This document shows positions 1 through 20,061 of a DNA stretch of 64,000 nucleotides, one piece after another. Where the stretch lies: the NCBI RefSeq assembly GCF_009914755.1, contig NC_060925.1. One strand, given 5' to 3'. A program made the position numbers and the translations under genes. Origin of the DNA: the human T2T-CHM13v2.0 reference genome, Homo sapiens. The notes under the pieces are model-generated. The model was not told where the DNA came from. It did not search any database and saw nothing but the letters and a program-made list of their open reading frames with translations. Each line of letters begins with the position of its first letter. The stretch's first letter is position 1.

Positions 1-180
1 GTCAGTTCCTGCCTTAACTGATGACATGCCACCATTGTGATCTGTTCCTGCCCCACTCTAACTGATCAATTGACTTTGTGACAATACATCCTCCCCACCC
101 TTGCGATAATGTATTTTGTGATATTCACCGCCCTTGTGAATGTACTTTGTAGGGTATACCCTCCCTGCCTTTAAGAAGGT
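1..180 (+). mobile_element. HERV-H LTR (LTR7 family, probably an older LTR7B/C type), 5' part of U3; truncated by the window start and interrupted by an L1
   Basis: GTTCCTGCCTTAACTGATGACAT..CCACCATTGTGAT..GTTCCTGCCCCAC.CTAACTGATCAAT and repeated CCCTTG.GAATGTACTTTGT units match the remembered LTR7 U3; the sequence resumes at 6311. Confidence 0.85.
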
Positions 181-1182
181 TCCAAGATGGCCAAATAGGA
201 GCAGCTCCAGTCTACAGCTCCCAGCGTGAGTGACGCAGAAGATGGGTGATTTCTGCATTTCCAACTGAGGTACCAGGTTCATCTCACTGGGGCTTGTCGG
301 ACAGTGGGTGCAGTCCACGGAGTATGAGCTGAAGCAGGGCAGGGCATTGCCTCACCCGGGAAGTGCAAGAGGTTGGGGAATTCCCTTTCCTAGCCAAGGG
401 AAGCCGTGACAGATGGTACCTGGAAAATTGGGACACTCCCACCCTAATACTGCGCTTTTCCAATGGTCTTAGCAAATGGCACACCAGGAGATTATATCCC
501 ATGCCTGGCTTGGAGGGTCCCACACCCATGGAGCCTCGCTTGCTGCTAGCACAGCAGTCTGAGATTAAACTGCAAGGTGACAGCGAGGCTTGGGGAGGGG
601 CATCCGCCTTTGCTGAGGCTTGAGTAGGTAAACAAAGTGGCTGGGAAGCTTGAACTGGGTGGAGCCCATCGCAGCTCAACGAGGCCCGCCTGCCTCTGTA
701 GACTCCACTTCTTGGGGCAGGGCATAGCTGAACAAAAGGCAGCAGAAACTTCTGCAGACTTAAACGTCCCTGTCTGACAGCTTTGAAGAGAGTAATGGTT
801 CTCCCAGCATGGAGTTTGAGATCTGAGAATGAACAGATTGCCTTAAGTGGGTCCCTGACCCCCGAGTAGCCTAACTGGGAGACACCTCCCAGTAGGGGCT
901 GACCAACACCTCATACAGCCGGGTGTCCCTCTGAGATGAAGCATCCAAGGGAAGGATCAGGCAGCAACATTTGCTGTTCTGCAATATTTGGTGTTCTGCA
1001 GTCTCCGCTGGTGATACCCAGGCAAACAGGGTCTGGAGTGGACCTCCAGCAAACTCCAACAGACCTGCAGCTGAGGGTCCTGACTGTTAGAAGGAAAATT
1101 AACAAACAGAAAGGACATTCACACCAAAACCCCATCTGTACGTCACCATCATCAAAGACCAAAGGTAGATAAATCCACAAAG

Positions 1183-2208
1183 ATGAGGAGAAACTAGAGC
1201 AGAAAAGCTGAAAATTCTAAAAATCAGAGTGCCTCTTCCCTCCAAAGGAGCACAGCTCCTCACCAGCAATGGAACAAATTTGGACGCAGAGTGACTTTGA
1301 TGAGTTGAGAGAAGAAGGCTTCAGATGATCGGTAATAACAAACTTCTCTGAGCTAAAGGAGGATGTTCAAACCCATCGCAAAGAAGCTAAAAACCTTGAA
1401 AAAAAGATTAGACGAATGGCTAATTAGAATAAACAGCATAGAGAAGACCTTAAATGACCTGATGGAGCTGAAAACCATGGCACAAGAACTATGTGACACA
1501 TGCCAAAGCTTCAGTAGCCGATTTGATCAAGTGGAAGAAAGGGTATCAGTGATTGAAGATCAAATGAATGAAATGAAGTGAGAAGAGAAGTTCAGAGAAA
1601 AAAGAATAAAAAGAAATGAACAAAGCCTCCAAGAAATATGGGACTATGTGAAAAGACCAAATCTACGTCTGACTGGTGTACCTGAAAGTGAGGGGGAGAA
1701 TGGAACCAAGTTGGAAAACACTCTTCAGGATATTATCCAGGAGAACTTCCCCAACCTAGCAAGGCAGGCCAACATTCAAATTCAGGAAATACATAGAACG
1801 CCACAAAGATACTCCTCGAGAAGAGCAACTCCAAGACACGTAATTGTCAGATTCACTAAAGTTGAAATGAAGGAAAAAATATTAAGGGCAGCCACAGAGA
1901 AAGGTCGGGTTACCCACAAAGGGAAGCCCAACAGACTAACAGCGGATCTCTCGGCAGAAACTCTACAAGCCAGAAGAGAGTGGGGGCCAATATTCAACAT
2001 TCTTAAAGAAAAGAATTTTCAACCCAAAATTTCATATCCAGCCAAACTAAGCTTCATAAGTGAAGGAGAAATAAAATCCTTTACACACAGGCAAATGCTG
2101 AGAGATTTTGTCACCACCAGGCCTGCCTTACAAGAGCTCCTGAAGGAAGTACTAAACATGGAAAGGAACAACTGGTACCAGCCACTGAAAAAACATGCCA
2201 AATTGTAA
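1183..2208 (+). pseudogene. L1 ORF1p remnant
   Basis: ATG 1183 with premature TAG at 1195 and TGA at 1579; C-terminal part KRPNLRL...REWGPIFNILKEKNFQP...YPAKLSF...HAKL* intact in ORF 1648-2208. Confidence 0.93.
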
Positions 2209-2271
2209 AGATCATTGATGCTAGGAAGAAACTGCATCAACTAATGAGCAAAATAACCAGCTAACATCATA

Positions 2272-6093
<3,822 letters not shown>

Positions 6094-6310
6094 ACAATGA
6101 GAACACTTGGACACATGGTGGGGAACATCACACACTGGGGTCTGTCGTTGGGTGGGGGAAGGGGGAAGGGATAGCATTAGGAGATATACCTAATATAAAT
6201 GACGAGTTAATGGGTGCAGCACACCAACATGGCACATGTATATATATGTAACAAAGCTGCACATTGTGCACATGGACCCTAGAACTTAAAGTATAACAAT
6301 AAAAAAAGGT

Positions 6311-6547
6311 ACTTTGTAGTATTCTCCCTGCCCTTGAGAATGTACTTTGTGAGATTCACCCCCTGCCCACAAAAAATTGCTCCTAACTCCACCATCTCTC
6401 CCAAAACCTATAAGAACTAATGATAATCCCACCACCTTTTGCTGACTCCTTTTTCAGACTCAGCCCGCCTGCACCCAGGTGAAATAAACAGCCTTGTTGC
6501 TCACACAAAGCCTGTTGGGTGGTCTCTTCACATGGACGTGCGTGACA
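6311..6547 (+). mobile_element. LTR7 3' part (end of U3, TATA, R, U5); solo LTR
   Basis: ACTTTGTAG..CCCTTGAGAATGTACTTTGTGAGA, CCAAAACCTATAAGAACTAATGATAATCC, CACCCAGGTGAAATAAACAGCC and terminal GTGACA; no tRNA-His PBS follows. Confidence 0.88.
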
Positions 6548-7104
6548 AATTTTATATCTTTTGGAGAGAAAAACTGCTCTATTATAAATATACATTCTTC
6601 AGTGTATGCTGAGTCTATGAAAACTTTTTGCTGTTTGAAGCTCAACAAGCCTTTTCTTCCTCAAAAATTCAGGCTCTGATAGTAGAAAACCATGCTTTTT
6701 AATGTTGTTTTTGGAAAAGCATTTAAATGTCTAATTTGAAACTAAAGCCGGATTATGACTTTATTGTACTTGGCTGTCTTGATAGTATAGGAAGGTTTAT
6801 ACGTTCAAGGAGAAGGAGGAAAAGACCTCAGAGAATAACTCAAAATGTTATCTCCTATAGCTTTTCCATTCTGTGTCTATTCATAGCACTTAACGTCCTT
6901 ATCTTTGTTAGCACTTTGCATTTACATTACACTGTGAATCCTCTGTTATCTTTAACATTTGGTAGAGTGTTTGATACATGTTCGAATGGTTTATTTTTAG
7001 AAGCAACCAGATTGTATACCCTTATGTATGTAGCTGAGTCCTAGGTCAGTTACTTTCATGTAAAAAGGTTGACCAACATCTTGTTAGGAAATGTTTGCAG
7101 CAAG

Positions 7105-7390
7105 ATGATGTTTTGTAACCAGTTGGTTGGAAGTACAGGTGGCTTGGACTTGCATTTGGCATCTGAAGTATGAACAGCCTGGTGGGACTCAGCCCTCAAC
7201 CCATGGGATCTGACACTATCTCCAGGTAAATAGTGTTAGAATTGAAATGAATTACAGAATACCTCATCGGTATCTGTAAAAGAATCGATTTGCTATTTGG
7301 GGGAAGCCCTCACCTTTCCGACATCTAGTCACAGAAGTGTGCTGTGAGTATGTTGAGTAGAAAGGAAAAACAGCTTGCTTTTTCTATTTA
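7105..7390 (+). mobile_element. MER21-type LTR fragment
   Basis: GGGACTCAGCCCTCAACCCATGGGATCTGACACTATCTCCAGGTAAATAGTGTTAGAATTGAA and TCACAGAAGTGTGCTGTG resemble the MER21B/C 3' end. Confidence 0.7.
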
Positions 7391-7414
7391 CATCTAGCTT
7401 TTAATTTACATCAC

Positions 7415-8058
7415 CGTTAGGGCTTAGAAAACAATACACCAAAATAAAAGCCTCAGAAGCAAAAATTTTTCTCTGGCCTTCTCCTGGCCTCCTGTCTCTC
7501 AGTCCCATTCTCCCCACCAAGGCCAGCCGTAGAAACTAGAATCCCTCTTCCTCAAGGCAGATCATGAAAGCCATAACCCCTTTTCCCCAAAGCCAGTCAT
7601 AAAACCTAGAATACTACTATAACTTCCCTTCACCTTTCTGTGTAAAAACTAGCCATAAAGAAATTATCTGACCTATCTTGTTTGACTGGGGGTCATAAGA
7701 CCCCCATTCCAGAAAGGGACCTGCCCCACGCCCAGAAGGAAGGAATGCGTGCTCAGAGAGGCCAAGAAGAACCTAGATGGACAGGCCTGGCTGGGTTTCC
7801 CCACTCAGTCTATTAGCATTAGATCATATGCTTTTTGTCCAATCATATTTCTATAGGGCTGTTCCATACTTTGTTGAACTTAAGCATAAAATGGACAACT
7901 TCCCCTGTATCTTTGGGTCTTTATTCTGAATGCTCCTATGTATACATGTTAAATAAATTTGTATACCCTTTCTCTAATTAATCTGACTTTTACAAGTTGA
8001 TTTTTCAGGAAACCTTCAGAGGGCCAAGGAGCATTTGCTCCCTTTGCCCCTCTCTACG
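7415..8058 (+). mobile_element. MER39B-type solo LTR (ERV1)
   Basis: Begins GTTAGGGCTTAGAAAACAATACACCAAAATAAAAGCCTCAGAAGCAAAA; internal AATAAA; ends AACCTTCAGAGGGCCAAGG..GCCCC..TAC. Confidence 0.75.
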
Positions 8059-8079
8059 TAACCATTCCCCAGTTACTTC

Positions 8080-8430
8080 ACTTCTAGATTATCTAGTTTT
8101 TCACTGTTATAACAGTATGATGAACAGATAGCTTTGTGTGTAAAACTTTCCCTACATTTGATTATTTCCATGGAATGGTTTTGAAGGCATTTTAAAGACT
8201 CTTCATAACTTTGTACATTGCTTTCCAAAAAGGTTGTCCTGGTTTAAACTTTGACCAGTTCTGTATAGAGGTGGCTATCTTGCCATAGTTTCCCCTGCAT
8301 TGATTATTCCCATTTTTACATATTCTTACCAATTTGATTGGTGTAAAATGGTATCTATTTGATTTTTATCAATGGTGAGATTGAGTATTTTCTCAAATAG
8401 TTGTAAATTGCATCTGTTCTTTTGTGAAGA
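8080..8430 (-). mobile_element. Ancient L1M fragment
   Basis: Degenerate antisense L1 3' motifs (ATTGCTTTCCAAAAAGGTTG, CCAATTTGATTGGTGTAAAATGGTATCT). Confidence 0.5.
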
Positions 8431-8627
8431 CAACTAGCAGCGTATCTAAGACCAGTTTGAATATTTTTTGTCTTTTTTGTCTTACATATTCATTTATAAA
8501 GGCAGATTTCCAGTAAAACTGATTGCCCCCAAGTTTGGGTATAATAGAGTCATTTCACTTTGACCTTCCTCATTAATTTCTAAATTGTTCACAATTCAAA
8601 AAGTTATTACCAGTTGTGGAGCTACCT

Positions 8628-9709
<1,082 letters not shown>

Positions 9710-10149
9710 CTGATAGAACATTCTTAACCCAGCTCTCCTTCAATAGCTGGTCCGATAGAAAGGCAAACAAATATACATCTGGAGTCATGGGTTCTAACCT
9801 TACCTCTGAAATTAGCCTGCTTTGTAACCATTCACAGATTAACCTTTCTGTTTCTCAGTGTTTACATCAGTAAGTTCCTTTCAGCTCTAAACATCTTTGA
9901 TTTTATTATTCAGGGGACAGAATGTTATCCTTTTGAATCCAGAACCTTTCTTGTGAATATCTGTGAATAGGTCTGGAAAACAACTCATTGTTGTTGGGAA
10001 CTACTTGGAGGAAAATAATAGGAAAAATTTCCCATACCAGCTAAACTTTTAGGGAATGTGAACTTCCAAATCCTTGTTTATTTTCTTTTAATACATTAAA
10101 AATGGTAAAATTAAATTATTTTTATGCCATTTTCCCTGGACTAGAGAAT

Positions 10150-10394
10150 TGTAGATTCGGTGTTTTCTCTTTCAACATGCCAGAAAACGACAGGTTAAGT
10201 TGAAAGAGTGCAGGAAAGAAATTTAGAGAGAAAATAACTAGCTGCAAAACCCTTCGGTGTTTTAAGAGAAGTTACTATTTACACAAACGTGGCCTCGGCT
10301 TAATCAAATGCTTTAATTTAAAGTCACAAACATCCCTTTTCTGGCTTGAGAAAGCTGGTGGAAGCAGCTCAGTGCTCTGTGTTCGATTTGTTAG
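10150..10394 (+). promoter_or_regulatory. SCP2: Probable internal promoter / 5' extension for the short SCP2 (pre-nsLTP) transcript
   Basis: Established knowledge that the short SCP2 mRNA starts from a second promoter at the end of the intron before this exon; unique non-repeat sequence, AUG-free from 10311 to the strong-context ATG at 10526; exact TSS not visible. Confidence 0.55.
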
Positions 10395-10548
10395 GTCTTG
10401 CTCAGTGTGCAGAACTCTGCTGGCAGCTGAGAGGGGAAGCCGGAAAGAGGCAAGTTCCTGGTGCAAAGGTGGCTCTGCAGCATAATTTAGGCATTGGAGG
10501 AGCTGTGGTTGTAACACTCTACAAGATGGGTTTTCCGGAAGCCGCCAG
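10395..10548 (+). CDS. SCP2: SCP2/SCPx exon (exon 12 by recalled numbering): thiolase C-terminus plus pre-SCP2 start codon at 10526
   Basis: ttag|GTCTT...GCCGCCAG|gtgagt, 154 bp; (G)[50 protein letters not shown](S); HNxGxGG is the SCP2-thiolase motif. Confidence 0.98.
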
Positions 10549-11548
10549 GTGAGTGACATTCAGAGTTTTGTGTGTCAGTTAATCCTTCTGACTTTTCACA
10601 GTTGATGATGTTTTACATGTAAAAATTTCTTATTTTATTGTCTTAGTATTTAAGGAAAAGTATCTCATTACATTGTTTTAAGAACATGGCTTTAAAAGTG
10701 GCCATCAGGTTTTAAATTTAACCAACTTTAGGTGAATTCTGTTGAAAAAGGACCCAGGATAGTCACGAGAGTACTGAACTAGAAGCCTGAGCTAGCTGGG
10801 TATGGGTCTCGGCCCTAGCAACCTAAGTTATTTAGGCAGGTCTCCTCATGGCCTTCCAGGCTTCTGAGGTGGTTTAGGGAGTCACTAAATGTGCTGATTG
10901 GATCTTTGCAAATTTGTATTTCCGAGTCCAGCTAATAAGCCCTCGTTGATGCTAGAATTCTTTTTGTCTCTTGCTGACTTTCTTCCTCTCCTTCAACTGC
11001 CCATGCTCCTCAATTTGCAGGCACTTTCTTTCGCATCCCACTCAGGATCCCTCAACTCCCTTGCTTATCTCTCAAAGAAATGTTCCTCCCCAGAGGAAAA
11101 AAGCGCCCCTCCTGTCAAAGGCTCAGCTTTCCTTGTTCCATGCTTTTGTTTCCAGTCACTTTCTGTAACTTGGTTATCTTTCCATTGACTCCTTTCCCTC
11201 TGTCAGCATACATGTTCAGGTCTTCCCTTAGATCTCTTTTTCTCCTTGCCTTAATTGTTGTTGTTCATGATGAGCCTTTTATGTTGAGCCACCTTTATTT
11301 TTCCAAGCCGGAATACCTCACAGTCTAATTTTTACCTCACCACTGAGGTCAGTGTCAGGTAAGGCCACCAGGATCTAAATGAAATTGAATAACTTTGTCT
11401 TTATTTTCCCTATTTACTCTCTTTAACCCGGCTGTAGCTTTTGACATTAATTGGCTCCCTTTTTTCTTTTGAAATTCTTGGTAATTATTTAATCATTTAT
11501 TCACACTTTTTTGTTTCTCCAACAAAGGATATGAGACACACTTCTTTT

Positions 11549-11619
11549 TTTTTATTATTATACTTTAAGTTGTAGGGTTCATGTGCACAACCTGCAGGTT
11601 TGTTGCATATGTATACATG
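11549..11619 (-). mobile_element. Very short (about 70 bp) L1PA 3'-end insertion
   Basis: TTATTATACTTTAAGTTGTAGGGTTCATGTGCACAACCTGCAGGTTTGTTGCATATGTATACATG; 16-bp TSD GAGACACACTTCTTTT (11533-11548 / 11620-11635). Confidence 0.92.
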
Positions 11620-12702
11620 GAGACACACTTCTTTTATTGAGTCTATGTTATTCTTCTGTAAGCTCTTGGATCTCTTCTCTTGTCCTCTCCTCTTTCTCTG
11701 CCCAGAATATAATTTCTGTTGTAAAACTTATAATTTAAAGCCCGTCTCAAATACCATCTCTTTTTGAATATCCACAGCACTTTGTATGTTTTTGGGTACT
11801 ATCTAGTTGGTTTGGTTGCACTGTATCCGGTTTTTAATTCCCTTTGTTATATGAAATCCTTGAGGCCTAAGACTGTGACTTACATCTCTTGTTCCTGGAG
11901 TCTCTCATATGTTTATTGAATGGGAGTAAAAAGTATTGAATCTTAAGTTTTTGTGGGGTTTTTTTCTTTTTTGAGACAGAGTCTTGTATGGTCCTCTAAA
12001 TATATGGGGAAGGCAACATACTTTTTTCAAAATGCTGTAGAAGCTCAGAGGAAGAAATTATTATGAAGAAAGTAAATTTGAACTGAGATGACTAGGATTG
12101 CCCAACAGAAGTATAGGGGAAGGGCATTCCAAGTCTGTACAATAGGTATAGAAATTTGAAAATACAAGGAGGTTTGACAAGTGGTTGTGCTGTGTGGGTA
12201 CAGAGTAGATTATTTTGTGTGTGCCTGGGTAGAGGGACAAAGTGGGATTATGGTTTTGAAATGATTCAGATGCAATGCTCAGGAGTTTGGAATTTATCCT
12301 ATAGAATATGGAAAGATATTCTTTAGCAAAAGATCATGTGACTATATTACACATTAGGTAGATCAGTCTGACATTACTTTGAGCTGGTGGTGGAGAGACC
12401 AGAGGCCAGGAATGCTTAGGAAGCTGTTGTAGGAGTGTGGAGGAGAAATGTTTAGTGTTGCAACACAGGCTGTGAACAATGAAGAGGAGAGGTCACATTT
12501 AAGGGCTGTGAACAACTACATTTAATTCACAATTAAACTTTAATTTAGACCAGTTTTGAACATGAATATCAACTTTGTATTATAACATCCTATTCATTTT
12601 ACGTAAGAGAGGAGCTTTTGTGCTACAGACTGAGAATAGGTATGTATTCTATATTCTGTTAAATAAAACCCCCTTTTAAAGCCCAACTTTGTTTTGTATT
12701 TC

Positions 12703-13135
12703 TTTTTTTAAAATTAAGGTATAATTTACATACAGTAAAATTCATTCTTTGTATTATATTTCCACAAGTTTTGATAAACATACAGTCGTATTACTACCAC
12801 CATAATCAAAATATAAAATAGTTTTATTGCCCAAAAATGTTCCTTGTGCACCCATGTAGTCAACCCTTCTCCTTCTCTTCTAGCCTCTGGCAACCACTGA
12901 TCTGTTTTCCACCCATGTAGTACTCCTTTTTGCAGAGTGTCATGTGAATGGAATCAAAAAGCCTTTGAGTCTGGCTTCTTTCACTTAGTATTACACATTT
13001 TAAAATTCATCCACGTTATTGTGTGTATCAGTAATTTGTCCCCTTTTATTGCTCAATAATATTCCATTGTATGGAAGTGTTAGTTGCTTACCCATTCTTT
13101 GGTTGAGGCATATTTGGATTATTCCCATTTTCTTT
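12703..13135 (-). mobile_element. Old L1M (L1MB/MC-like) 3' end
   Basis: AGGTATAATTTACATACAGTAAAATTCA, CTCTGGCAACCACTGATCTG, TCTGGCTTCTTTCACTTAG. Confidence 0.75.
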
Positions 13136-13352
13136 TTAATGGAAAACTAAGTTAGCTTGAAAGTTTAACCCAGTGGGTACTATTTGAAGATCCTAAGTCA
13201 TATAAGAAGTTAAATTAGAAGTAAAAATTGTTTCTATATAATGATTACAACTGTATGCATGCCTATAAATAAAGACAACAAGAAGCAATACAGAAAAATG
13301 GATAGAGAAAAATTGTTGGAGTAGTAGCATTGCAGGTGATTAACTTGTTCGT

Positions 13353-15190
<1,838 letters not shown>

Positions 15191-15396
15191 GCACACACAA
15201 GCATTACTTTAGTTTTGTTTTAAGACAGATATTTAAGGAATGCACGCAATAATCTTAATGTGATGTATATCTGTTTCCATACTCATGTAGCCACCAGTTT
15301 GTTAGCAGTTAGAATGAGGAATTTATAAAACTAGTTAAATGTCACTTGTATGTGACAACTTTTTAAATTTTATAGACTAGAGTTACCGGAGACAGA

Positions 15397-15770
<374 letters not shown>

Positions 15771-15974
15771 TAGCCTTTTCCTTATTTAGAAAATACTGAA
15801 AATATGTACTTTAGGGATCAGAAAATAACAAATTAAAAATATCTGCCACACATTGTAGTTGCTCAATAAACTTTTGGTTTTTTATTTCCCAGTGCATTTT
15901 CCTTTCTTCTTTCCTATTTCTCTAGTTGTGTCACTGGTTAAAGGTCAAAAATAGTTTTATCTTAGTTTAATTTA

Positions 15975-16103
15975 ATTCAATTTTATAGAGACAGGGTTTT
16001 GCTATGTTGCCCAGGCTGGTCTCAGACTCCTGGAGTCAAGCAGTCTGCCCACCTCAGCCTCCAGTAGTGCTGGGATTACAGGTGTGAGCCACTGTGCCCA
16101 GCC
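15975..16103 (-). mobile_element. FLAM-type Alu monomer
   Basis: Single left monomer; flanks AAAATAGTTTTAT / AAAATGGTTTTAT. Confidence 0.8.
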
Positions 16104-16519
16104 TGAAAATGGTTTTATTTATTAATTATAAATATTACTTAGGGGTATAGGAAAAAAATGAACTTAAATTTTTAGTACAGTATGGGGAACATATCCAACT
16201 CATTGAAGCCTACAGCTTGGCCAAAGAGGATCTTATCATATCTCCCACCATACCTCTATGAGGTTTCTTTGTTTGTCTTCCAACTCTCAACTCTGTGGGC
16301 TGTATTTCTATGTGTGATGGACCCATGTGCCTGCTCTGAGGTCATGGGGAGTAGCTGATTACAAATGAACTTGATATTCCCTGAAACTTACGCGTACTGT
16401 ACGACCGTCTCCAGTCAGAACAAACTGATTACTGGTTAAATTTTCGTTTTAGGGATGAAGGTTTGATTACAATGCAGGACTTTATAATCTTCCCAAACAC
16501 TAAGAATAACAGCAACCAC

Positions 16520-17449
<930 letters not shown>

Positions 17450-17464
17450 TCATCAACCATTTTT

Positions 17465-18075
17465 TAAAAATTATTTCAGATAACTTTATTAAGACCTAAT
17501 TCACATGCCCACAATTCACGCATTTTAAGTGTACGTTCAGTGGTTTTTAGCATATCACAAAGTTGTGCAGTCATTACTGCAATTAATCTTAGAACGTTTT
17601 CGTCACCTCAAGAGAAAGTGTGTACCCATTAGTAATCCCTCCTTCTTGCAGTCTCTGGCAAACACTAACCTACTTTCTGTCTCTATGGATTTGCCTGTTA
17701 TGGACGTTGTATGTAAATGAAATCATACATTGTATGGCCTTTGGTGACTGGCTTCTTTCATTTAGCATAATGTTGTCAAGATTCATCCATGTTGTGGCAT
17801 ATATCAGTACTTGATTCCTTTATATGGCTGAAGGTTCCCATTTCTCCACATTCTGTCATTACTTCTTGTTACCTATCTTTTTAGTGTTAGCCATCCTAGT
17901 GGTTGTGTAGTGGTATTTCATTGTTCTTTGCATTTCCCTGATGGCTATTGATGATCAGCATCTTTTCATGTTTATTGGCTATATGCATATCTTCTTTGGA
18001 GAAAAGCCTATTCAGATCCTTTGGCATTTGAAAACTGGGGTCTTTGTATTTTAATTATTGAGTTGTGAGAGCTCT
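17465..18075 (-). mobile_element. L1MB 3' end
   Basis: CATTTTAAGTGTAC, GGCAAACACTAACCTACTTTCTGTCTCTATGGATTTGCCT, GACTGGCTTCTTTCATTTAGCATAATG. Confidence 0.8.
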
Positions 18076-19639
18076 TTCACAATCACTTTTTGAGGGCCTG
18101 GTATGTGCCAGGACCACACTAGGCGTTTCACATGTACTTCTTTGTTTAATCCTCATAAAAGTCCCACACATTAGGTATTTCTGTTTATAGATGAGATTGA
18201 TGATCAGAGTTAAAATAACTTATCTAAGGAGAGAGAGCCTTGAGTGGTAGGAATCAAGGTTCTAGCTGAGTGCGGTGCTTCTGTTTTCCTGGCTACTCTG
18301 TGCTCTCAGTCTTTGACATTGTTGTAGCAGAGCCTGTTTTAGGCCTTAGAATGAAAATTTTCAAGAATCATGGAGGGAATTCATATGCTGAGTAGGTTAT
18401 TTGCTGGTTTTTATCTTCAAGTTTCCTTTCAATGTTTATATACTAGATTTATTCCAGGAAACATATATAAACCAAATTAAAAAAATAAAACCAATTGGAA
18501 TTTAGTTTCTGATAAAAGAACTTTTTATGTAAAGAAATCATGAGGAACATCCTTTTGTGAATGTGAATACTCTCTGAGTTTAAGTTGATATATTCAGTTT
18601 TCTTAGAGCAGGGCACATATATAAATTTTAAGGAATGAGGGGTTTTCAGAAAACATTGATAAAACTTTACATATTAACTTTTAATCTGGATGAAAAGTTG
18701 GTTCATCACTAACTTCATGAGCTTTTCAAAACAAGCAAGATAAAAGACACACCTGTGACCTTTGGGAACATGCAAGATGTGGCAAGTTTGGAAAAGGGCA
18801 CAATGATGATTAAAAGTAACTGAAAAATTGGACCAATGAAATGAAATTGGCTTGTGGAGAACTAGCTGTGGCTACTTGATTTTAGGTCACATATTCAGAC
18901 TTTTGACCAAGACGATATACTGTACCATAGATAATTCTGCTCTGAATGGAACAGGAAGGAATTAGGAGTTAGGCAAGGGAGAATTCAGGGTAACTTCAGT
19001 TCCATTCAGTCACTATTCACTAAATGCTTATGATTTGCTGGGAACTGGCAATACAGAGATTTTTTTTAAAGAAAAGGTATGGTATCTGCTCTTAAGCCGT
19101 TGACATTTAGTAGGGTTTCACAGAAAAGTAGTTTCCTGAAAGGGCTGGGTCTCGAAGGGAGAAATGGAGTTTGCTAAGATGGAGGTATTCTGGACCCAGG
19201 GAGCAGCAGTGGCAAAGGCATAGAAGTGTGAGGTGGCATTCTGTGCAACGAGGACTGCACAGAGTCTGCTTGCTGGAGATGAGGTTCCATTCCCTGTTCA
19301 TATATTAATATGATTCCTCTAGTAGGCTCTCTTTTCAATTTAGACTCTCCACACCCTTCCTTTCACCCTCACTCTCTGCTGATTACTTTGCCTTATACTT
19401 TGTTGAGAAATAGAAGCCATTAAACCCAAACTTCCTCAACTTCCATCCAAGACCTACAGACCCACTACACGAGAATTACACCCATCTGATCCTCTTTCTT
19501 CGCTTGAGTCTCCTCGTCCTGTCACAGGCCACAAGATTTTTCTCCTTCCATCTCCTTTTTCCAGGTTCCTTACCATCATCAGGCATACCTGTTCTGATTT
19601 GTTCATCTTAAAATGAAACCCAGCCTTTTTGAAAATCCT

Positions 19640-19995
19640 GACATGCTGCAAGATGGATGATCCTTGAGAACATTATGCCAAGTGATATGTCAGTCACAAA
19701 AAGACAAATACTATATGATTCCACTTAGAATCATAGTACCTAGAGGTACCTAGAGTATTCAAAATTATAGAGACAGAAAGTAGAATGGTGGTTGCCAGGG
19801 GTTGGAAGCAGGGGGGAGTGAGGAGTTACTCTTTAATGGGTAGAGTTTCAGTTTTGCAAGATGAAAAGAGTTATGGAGATGAAAGGTGATGATGGTTGCA
19901 CAACATTATGACTGTATTTAATACTACTAAACTGAACACTTAAATATGGTTAGGATGGTAAATTTTATGTGTATTTTAACATAATAAAAAATTGG
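19640..19995 (+). mobile_element. L1MB3-like 3' end
   Basis: CAGTCACAAAAGACAAATACTATATGATTCCACTTA, GAGACAGAAAGTAGAATGGTGGTTGCCAGGGG, GATGGTAAATTTTATG. Confidence 0.85.
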
Positions 19996-20061
19996 AAAAT
20001 AAAATATTTTTTAAAAGTTATAGGACTCTCATATGCCCACATCCAGAAGGAAATGCTACAT

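Noticed and set aside
6548-7100. HERV-H internal proviral sequence after LTR7
   Set aside because: No tRNA-His primer-binding site or gag-like sequence follows the LTR end, so it is a solo LTR
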